Origin: Balanoglossus misakiensis
Lineage: Eukaryota; Animalia; Hemichordata
Direction: 5' to 3'
NCBI GenBank assembly: GCA_040954595.2
Contig: CM082592.2
Span: 930,001 to 994,000 of the forward strand
DNA: 64,000 nt
Shown: in pieces, positions 55,034 to 64,000 of the stretch
Layout of the letters: every line of letters starts with the position of its first letter
Numbering within the stretch: position 1 is the first letter of the stretch
Notes under the pieces: model-generated
Database searches by the model: none
What the model was told of the DNA's origin: nothing
Seen by the model: the letters and a program-made list of their open reading frames with translations, nothing else
Program-made: the position numbers and the translations under genes

Positions 55034-55788
55034 TGGTATTGGTATGGTTGCAGTTACCAGCAGCTGTAATAACAACGATCTCAAGTAGTGGCCAGTCTAT
55101 CCACTACGTCCAGCGTTTGATCTCATCTTTGAAGTACAGATGTGTTGGATATCATGCTTGGCAGCATGATTGACCGGACGAGGTCTGGGCATGGTCTAGG
55201 ATGTATCATCACATTCATGAAGAAAAGGATTCTTGTATTCGCGTTTCCTGAAAAACTTTCGACTTCGCGTTTCGAGATATTTATAGATATTGTTTTGTAA
55301 TTTCTATTTGATATGTAATTTCGGCACATATGGATGTTGGCGTTTTGAATTTGCTAGGATGGAAATTGTTAATGTTTTTTCATGAACAATTTGGGGGCTG
55401 GTGTAAGGACGCCCAGTTCTTAGAGAAACTGAAATATTTAGTCTAGCGCCCTCGCGCTGTGAGTACATTAGCGCATGCGCTTTTGTTTAGAAAATATCTG
55501 GAAAATTCCATGGCGCACATGTGAGGACTTTTGCACAGTTAGCCTGGGGATTTTTGCCAGTTTTCTACGGAAACTTCAACCACCGCGACGCATCATCCAG
55601 TGCCAGTGTTGTATGTTCAGTCATTAAATGTTCGTGTAAAGTTCCGAGCAGCGTTTTCTGTGACATCTGACAAGGAATGTTCGTCGGCGATGGTGAGCTC
55701 CAGTTAGTTAACGGCAAATACTATAGAACCCTGTGGCCTTTGATGTGAATTAGGGCGCCATTTGAGACGGCACATCGAGGTTACTACA
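52087..55788 (+). mobile_element. BEL/Pao element family 2, 5'-truncated (protease-RT-RNaseH, integrase deleted, 3' LTR)
   Basis: 944 aa ORF with an aspartic protease motif (AFIDNGSD), RT (FYVDD) and Pao RNase H (LHHFADAS, PRMEL, WTDS, DNPAD). Followed by a 3' UTR, PPT and LTR. Confidence 0.94.
55402..55788 (+). repeat. 3' LTR of BEL family 2 (387 bp), right copy
   Basis: TTGGGGGCTGG then TGTAAGG... through ...TTACTACA, with ATTAAA at ~55623. Confidence 0.8.
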
Positions 55789-58320
55789 CTGGTAACGTTG
55801 AACAAGTCGATTTTTCTAGGGCCTGGCTCGGCTAAATCTCCGTCACAATATGACAGACACTAGCGTACGTTAGCAACGGTGATCAAGTCAGATTTTCTAC
55901 GGCATGGCTTGGATAAAGCCCCGGCACTCTAGAGCAGAAACACGCGTACAGAGACCACGTTGATCAAGTCTGATCTCCTACGGCTAGGCTCGACTGAAAC
56001 CCCGGCACACTATGACAGACACTAGCGTTCGTTAGCAACGTTGATCAAGTCAGATTTCCTACGGCATGGCTTGGCTAAAGCCCTGGCACTGTAGAGCAGA
56101 AACACGCGTACAGAGACCACGTTGATCTACTCACATTTCCTTCGGCCTGGCACGGCTGATGCCCCGGCACTATATATAGGACACAGACTGGCGTAAGATA
56201 ACAACGGTAATCACGTCGGGTTTCCTACGGCCTGGCTCAGCTGAAGCCCCGGCACTCTAGAGCAGAAACAGGCGTACATTGACCACGTTGATCAAGTCAG
56301 ATTTCCTACGGCGTGACTCGGCTGGTGCACCGGCTCTATATGACACAGACTGGCGTAAGTTATCAACGGTGATTACGTCGGATTTCCTACGGCCTGGTTT
56401 AGCTGAAGCCCCGGCACTTTAGAGCGGAAACACGCGTACATTGACCACGATGATCAAGTCAGATCTCCTACGGCCTGGCTCGACTAAATCCCCGGCACAC
56501 CATGACAGACACTAGCGTTCGTCAGCAACGGTGATCAAGTCGGATTTCCTTCGGCCTGGCTCTGCAAAAGACCCGACACTCTAGTACAAAGACGTTGGCT
56601 AAGTCGGGCAAACCGAAGAGGGAAAGCCACAGCGGGTCAACACTCGACATTTGTTCGGGTAGGACTGCATTATTGCCTGTCAATTTGTAGAGAAAGCTCG
56701 AATTTAACCAGGGCGTTTCAAACACCGACGTTAGTTGGGGGCACGGCCTGCAGTACTGCCGGGTAAACTGACATCGGCGTACCGCATGTAATGTAGGGGG
56801 GGGGGGGGAAACAGAACGGTTCAATACTACATTTATCAGATATCAGCTAATTTTGGACAATCATCTTAAATATATCTAATTCATTTTTTCATATTTGGAT
56901 ATCTGATGATGAATGAAATTTCCATTATATGTAAAAATGGTGCTGATTATAAAAATGCACTCTGAATGAGCTGATTTAATACAAAATTGCGTTTTATTCG
57001 TTTTTTGCACCAAAAAGGTCATTTTTAGGCAAAACATTCTTTATTTTTTTAATTCGGTGACCTGATCATATATAAACAATTGCTTGTGTGTTAAAAGTTT
57101 TTATGACTTTTAAAAGCAGTGACACTGGCGGCATTCAACACGAAAATAACAATTTTAGCCACAATTTGGTCAAAATCGTAAATTTTTGAAAATTACAAAA
57201 ATACCTGTTTTCTACATTTTTGGAAATCTGATGGAGTATAGAATGCTCTTCGTATATATATATCGATACAAATTCCACAAAAAACGGCCAATTTGGCTCA
57301 CTGCAGACAAAATTGCGTTTTACCAAATTTTCCTTGAAAATGTCATTTTTAGAAAAAAAAATAAAAAAACCTTTGTTTTTCGAATTTGGTGCCCTGATCA
57401 TATATGACATGTTGATTATATGTTAAAACTTTCGACCACTCCAAAAATGCAGAGATATTGACAGAATTCAAGAAAAAATAGCCATTTTGGCCATATTTTG
57501 ACAAAAATGGTAAATTTTTAAAAAATCATAAAAAATTAACTCTTTTCTTCATTTTCGGAAATATTATGGATAATGAAGTGTCGTTCTCTTGTAAAAAGTG
57601 CTGCAAATTCCAGAAAACGCGGTATAAATTGAATCGCCCAAGACAAAATTACCATTTTCGACTTTTTTTCGAAAAATTGTCTTTTTTACAAAATAAATAA
57701 GAATAAATTCTTTTCTTAGTTTCAAACGGGTAGAGATACTTTCCACACGGGTTTTCTTACATTGAATTCCCGTTCATCAACTCAGATTTCCTACAGCATA
57801 AGTCGGCTAAAACCCCGGCACTCTAGAGCAGAAACACGCGTACAGAGATCACGTTGATCAAGTCTGATCTCCTACGGCTTGGCTCGACTAAAACCCCGGC
57901 ACACTATGACAGACACTAGCGTTCGTTAGCAACGTTGATCAAGTCAGATTTCCTACGGCATGGCTTGGCTAAAGCCCTGGCACTCTAGAGCAGAAACACG
58001 CGTACAGAGACCACTTTGATCTACTCACATTTCCTTCGGCCTGGCACGGCTGATGCCCCGGCACTATATATAGGACACAGACTGGCGTAAGTTAACAACG
58101 GTAATCACGTCGGGTTTCCTACGGCCTGGCTCAGCTGAAGCCCCGGCATTCTAGAGCAGAAACAGGCGTACATTGACCACGTTGATCAAGTCAGATTTCC
58201 TACGGCGTGACTCGGCTGGTGCACCGGCTCTATATGACACAGACTGGCGTAAGTTATCAACGGTGATTACGTCGGATTTCCTACGGCCTGGTTTAGCTGA
58301 AGCCCCGGCACTTTAGAGCG
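55789..58320 (-). repeat. Macrosatellite, inverted orientation (~1.3 units)
   Basis: Reverse complement of the unit; track ORFs 57564-57746(-) and 56522-56824(-). Confidence 0.96.
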
Positions 58321-59755
58321 AGACGTTCTTTGCCGAGTAGGATGCTGTCAGACAACGCATCGACTTATTTATCGGCTGCCAATGAAATCAAAACACTGTT
58401 TGATACGCCAGAAGTAAATGACTTTCTCGCCGCACATCGTGTACAATGGACGTTTATACCGAAGCGCGCGCCCTGGTTTGGTGGCTTCTGGGAGAGGCTG
58501 ATTGCTTTGACAAAGAACGCTATTAGGAAAACTCTCGGTCGAGCTTACCTAACCTTTGATGAACTCGCAACAGTTGTGACTGAAATTGAAGCCGTTTTAA
58601 ACGACAGGCCGTTAACGTACGTGTCATCCAGTATAAACGACAACATTGGATTGACCCCAAATCACTTGCTACATGGCAGGACACTGACATCATTGCCGTA
58701 CATCGAGATCACCGACGAAGAGGTGATTGACCCATCTTACTGTGATAATCGTGAAATCAACAAAAGATATGAACATCTATCAAGATTACACGATCAATTT
58801 TGGCGAAGATGGTCGTCCGATTATCTGACTGCCCTACGTGAACGACATCCCACCAAAGGAACTCGTGATAATGTCATCAAGGTCGGAGATGTCGTGATAA
58901 TACACAGTGACACTGACAAACGTCCGAAATGGCATTTAGGAACTGTAACAAGGTTGATCTTCGGTAATGATAAACTGGTACGATCTGCGGAGTTGAACAC
59001 CGCAGGTGGTCCTACAAACCGACCTATCCATAAATTGTACCCATTGGAAGTTGTCTCCAAGGAGCTGTCAACTGTGTCTGGAGATAATACAGGTATTGGA
59101 GCAGATTCCAACACGAATACTGAAACAGTCGACACAGCTGGAGCCTCTGAAGATTCCTCGGTGAAGGCGGATTTTGTACCCCCGAGACGACCTGTCAGAG
59201 ACTCTGCAGTTGCCGCTCGAGTACGAATAGCGGATCTCTCTATTTGACTTTGAAATTGGAAAACAATTTCGATCGCATTGTGACTGTTATCATGTTTACT
59301 GACACAATGAACATTAGTTTATTATCCTTGAACACTTTAGGTGACTTTAATCATATTTCATGTTATTTGATGTTTTTTTTTCTGACGATTTTCGAGACTT
59401 TCCTTTGCGCGGGGGAGAATATGGAGAAGTGAGAGATTTACTCCAGAAGGATCACGTGACGGAAACTCTTACCCTATCAGAGTTGACTTTGTTTCCCGCC
59501 AAACTTTATACTTGTAGCAGATTTATTGTAATTTTTGAGTGTTTGCTCCGGCGTTCGTGGGACTTATATATAACCCAGATTTGGCGCTTTCGGGCAGCAT
59601 TTTCTAAGGAGCTCTGTGGTGTTACTTTGTTGATGGATTCAGATGGTAATAAACCAGTGTTTTACCTAGCACTGAATCGTTCGCTTCTTTTCCGACGTCA
59701 GTATACTCAAACCCCCTCCCGGGAGTATTGATCACTGCCACGATACTTCCCCACA
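58321..59755 (+). mobile_element. BEL/Pao family 1 fragment, right-arm copy (integrase C-half 58330-59247, PPT ~59409-59419, LTR 59420-59755)
   Basis: Mirror of 43026-44460 with identical junctions. The 305 aa ORF differs by one residue (V/F). Confidence 0.93.
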
Positions 59756-62700
59756 ATTTGGTCAAAATTGTAAATTTTTGAAAATTACAAAAAATACCTG
59801 TTTTCTACATTTTCGGAAATCTGATGGAGTATAGAATGCTCTTCGTATGTATATATCGATACAAATTCCACAAAAGACCGTCTAATTTGGCTCACTGCAG
59901 ACAAAATTGCGTTTTACCAAATTTTCCTTGAAAATGTCATTTTTAGAAAAAAAAATAAAAAAACCTTTGTTCTTCGAATTTGGTGCCCTGATCATATATG
60001 ACATGTTGATTGTATGTTAAGACTTTCGACCACTCCAAAAATGCAGAGATATTGACGGAATTCAAGAAAAAATAGCCATTTTGGCCATATTTTGACAAAA
60101 ATGGTAAATTTTTAAAAAATCATAAAAAATTAACTCTTTTCTTATTTTTTCGGAAATATTATGGAGCATGAAGTGTCGTTCTCTTGTAAAAAGTGCTGCA
60201 AATTCCAGAAAAGGCGGTATAATTTAAATCACCCAAGACAAAATTACCATTTTCGACTTTTTTTTCGAAAAATTGTCTTTTTTACAAAATAAATAAGAAT
60301 AAATTCTTTTCTTAGTTTCAAACGGGTAGAGATACTTTCCACACGGGTTTTCTAACATTGAATTCACGTTCATCAACTCAGATTTCCTACAGCATAAGTC
60401 GGCTAAAACCCTGACACTCTACAGCAGAAACAGTTGCACACTGGTAACGTTGAACAAGTCGATTTTTCTACGGCCTGACTCGGCTAAATCTCCGTCAAAA
60501 TATGACAGACACTAGCGTACGTTAGCAACGGTGATCGAGTCAGATTTTCTACGGCATGGCTTGGATAAAGCCCCGGCACTCTAGAGCTGAAACACGCGTA
60601 CAGAGACCATGTTGATCAAGTCTGATCTCCTACGTCTTGGCTCGACTAAAACCCCGGCACACTATGACAGACACTAGCGTTCGTTAGCAACGTTGATCAA
60701 GTCAGATTTCCTACGGCATGGCTTGGCTAAAGCCCTGGCACTCTAGAGCAGAAACACGCGTACAGAGACCACGTTGATCTACTCACATTTCCTTCGGCCT
60801 GGCACGGCTGATGCCCCGGCACTATATATAGGACACAGACTGGCGTAAGTTAACAACGGTAATCACGTCGGGTTTCCTACGGCCTGGCTCAGCTGAAGCC
60901 CCGGCACTCTAGAGCAGAAACATGCGTACATTGACCACGTTGATCAAGTCAGATGTCCTACGGCGTGACTCGGCTGGTGCACCGGCTCTATATGACAGAG
61001 ATGTCAGCTAATTTTGGACAATCATCTAAAATCTAAATCATTTTTTCATATTTGGATATCTGATGATGTATGAAATTTCCATTATATGTAAAAATGGTGC
61101 TGATTATAAAAAATGCACTCTGAATGAGCTGATTTAATACAAAATTGCGTTTTATTCGTTTTTGCACCAAAAAGGTCATTTTTAGGGAAAACATTCTTTA
61201 TTATTTTAATTCGGTGACCTGATCATATATAAACAATTGCTTGTATGTTAAAAGTTTTCATGACTTTTAAAAGCAGTGACACTGGCGGCATTCAACACGA
61301 AAATAACAATTTTAGCCACAATTTGGTCAAAATGGTAAATTTTTGAAAATTACAAAAATACCTGTTTTCTACATTTTCGGAAATCTGATGGAGTATAGAA
61401 TGCTCTTCGTATATATATATCGATACAAATTCCACAAAAAACGGCCAATTTGGCTCACTGCAGATAAAATTGCGTTTTACCAAATTTTCCTTGAAAATGT
61501 CATTTTTAGAAAAAAAAATAAAAAAACCTTTGTTCTTCGAATTTGGTGCCCTGATCATATATGACATGTTGATTGTATGTTAAAACTTTCGACCACTCCA
61601 AAAATGCAGAGATATTGACGGAATTCAAGAAAAAATAGCCATTTTGGCCATATTTTGACAAAAATGGTAAATTTTTAAAAAATCATAAAAAAAAAACTCT
61701 TTTCTTCATTTTCGGAAATATTATGGAGCATGATGTGTCGTTCTCTTGTAAAAAATGCTGCAAATTCCAGAAAAGGCGGTATAATTTGAATCACCCAAGA
61801 CAAAATTACCATTTTCGACTTTTTTTCGAAAAATTGTCTTTTTTACAAAAAAATAAGAATAAATTCTTTTCTTAGTTTCAAACGGGTAGAGATACTTTCC
61901 ACACGGGTTTTCTAACATTGAATTCACGTTCATCAACTCAGATTTCCTACAGCATAAGTCGGCTAAAACCCTGACACTCTAGAGCAGAAACAGTTGCACA
62001 CTGGTAACGTTGAACAAGTCGATTTTTCTACGGCCTGGCTCGGCTAAATCTCCGTCACAATATGACAGACACTAGCGTACGTTAGCAACGGTGATCAAGT
62101 CAGATTTTCTACGGCATGGCTTGGATAAAGCCCGGCACTCTAGAGCAGAAACACGCGTACAGAGACCACGTTGATCAAGTCTGATCTCCTACGGCTTGGC
62201 TCGACTAAAACCCCGGCACACTATGACAGACACTAGCGTTCGTTAGCAACGTTGATCAAGTCAGATTTCCTACGGCATGGCTTGGCTAAAGTCCTGGCAC
62301 TCTAGAGCAGAAACACGCGTACAGAGACCACGTTGATCTACTCACATTTCCTTCGGCCTGGCACGGCTGATGCCCCGGCACTATATATAGGACACAGACT
62401 GGCGTAAGTTAACAACGGTAATCACGTCGGGTTTCCTACGGCCTGGCTCAGCTGAAGCCCCGGCACTCTAGAGCAGAAACAGGCGTACATTGACCACGTT
62501 GATCAAGTCAGATTTCCTACGGCGTGACTCGGCTGGTGCACCGGCTCTATATGACACAGACTGGCGTAAGTTATCAACAGTGATTACGTCGGATTTCCTA
62601 CGGCCTGTTTAGCTGAAGCCCCGGCACTTTAGAGCGGAAACACGCGTACATTGACCACGATGATCAAGTCAGATCTCCTACGGCCTGGCTCGACTAAAAC

Positions 62701-64000
62701 CCCGGCACACCATGACAGACACTAGCGTTCGTTAGCAACGGAGATCAAGTCGGATTTCCTTCGGCCTGGCTCTGCAAAAGACCCGACACTCTAGTACAAA
62801 GACGTTGGCTAAGTCGGGCAAACCGAAGAGGGAAAGTCACAGCGGTTCAACACTTGACATTTGTTCGGGTAGGACTGCATTATTGCCTGTCAATTTATAG
62901 AGAAAGCCCGAAATTAACCAGGGCGTTTCAAACACCGACGTTAATTGGGGGCACGGCCTGCAGTACTGCCGGGTAAGCTGACATCGGCGTACCGCATATA
63001 ATGTAGGGGGGGGAACAGAACGGTTCAATACTACATTTATTAGATATCAACTAATTTTGGACAATCATCTAAAATCTAAATCATTTTTTCATATTTGGAT
63101 ATCTGATGATGTATGAAATTTCCATTATATGTAAAAATGGTGCTGATTATAAAAAATGCATTCTGATTCAATACAAAATTGCGTTTTATTCGTTTTTGCA
63201 CCAAAAAGGTCATTTTTAGGCAAAACATTCTTTATTTTTTTAATTCGGTGACCTGATCATATATAAACAATTGCTTGTATGTTAAAAGTTTTTCTGACTT
63301 TTAAAAGCAGTGACACTGGCGGCATTCAACAGGAAAATAACAATTTTAGCCACAATTTGGTCTAAATGGTAAATTTTTGAAAATTACAAAAAATACCTGT
63401 TTTCTACATTTTCGGAAATCTGATGGAGTATAGAATGCTCTTCGTATGTATATATCGATACAAATTCCACAAAAGACCGTCTAATTTGGCTCACTGCAGA
63501 CAAAATTGCGTTTTACCAAATTTTCCTTGAAAATGTCATTTTTAGAAAAAAAAATTAAAAAACCTTTGTTCTTCGAATTTGGTGCCCTGATCATATATGA
63601 CATGTTGATTGTATGTTAAGACTTTCGACCACTCCAAAAATGCAGAGATATTGACGGAATTCAAGAAAAAATAGCCATTTTGCCCATATTTTGACAAAAA
63701 TGGTAAATTTTTAAAAAATCATAAAAAATTAACTCTTTTCTTATTTTTTCGGAAATATTATGGAGCATGAAGTGTCGTTCTCTTGTAAAAAGTGCTGCAA
63801 ATTCAAGAAAAGGCGGTATAATTTAAATCACCCAAGACAAAATTACCATTTTCGACTTGTTTTCGAAAAATTGTCTTTTTTACAAAATAAATAAGAATAA
63901 ATTCTTTTCTTAGTTTCTAACGGGTAGAGATACTTTCCACACGGGTTTTCTAACATTGAATTCCCGTTCATCAACTCAGATTTCCTACAGCATAAGTCGG
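59756..64000 (-). repeat. Macrosatellite, inverted orientation, running off the window end
   Basis: Reverse-complement units with the landmark near 60340, 61900 and 63940. Confidence 0.96.

Larger units (their letters stand above)
42550..60230. repeat. Giant inverted duplication (palindrome) with a 658 bp spacer at 52087-52744
   Basis: Mirror coordinates sum to 104831 in the inner arm (49917/54914, 49798/55033, 52086/52745). They sum to 102781 in the outer arm (43026/59755, 43534/59247, 45035/57746). Confidence 0.95.

Noticed and set aside
43050-55329. Short ORFs antisense to or overlapping the BEL pol and LTRs (e.g. 43050-43421, 50932-51330, 53372-53899, 49502-49708)
   Set aside because: These are shadow ORFs of pol or chance ORFs in LTR/UTR. 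They are duplicated only because of the palindrome, and no env-like features were seen.
43026-59755. One large element with terminal inverted repeats (DIRS, foldback or Polinton-like), or the two BEL pieces as halves of one element
   Set aside because: The mirror extends beyond the LTRs into satellite, and there is no tyrosine recombinase, transposase or TSD. The two BEL pieces have unrelated LTRs and different C-terminal sequences.

Overview
Eukaryotic (probably invertebrate animal) repeat-rich DNA with no recognisable host gene. About 75% of the window is a compound macrosatellite of about 25 copies. Each ~2.05 kb unit has an AT-rich half (about 3 degenerate ~330 bp subrepeats), a poly-C tract, a ~190 bp GC-richer spacer and about 11 CpG-rich 81 bp subrepeats. 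Units vary mainly in steps of 81 bp, and a 4-unit (~7.89 kb) higher-order repeat is visible at the start. The array is interrupted by a near-full-length, decayed Tx1/L1-type LINE with an 11-12 bp TSD, which carries a nested antisense L2/CR1-type 3' fragment. It also holds two different 5'-truncated BEL/Pao LTR retrotransposon pieces. The most striking structure is a giant fold-back palindrome of at least ~17.7 kb. It is centred on a 658 bp spacer (52087-52744) inside a BEL/Pao pol gene, duplicates both LTR pieces and flips the satellite to the minus strand for the rest of the window. Most short ORFs in the ORF track are satellite or antisense noise.
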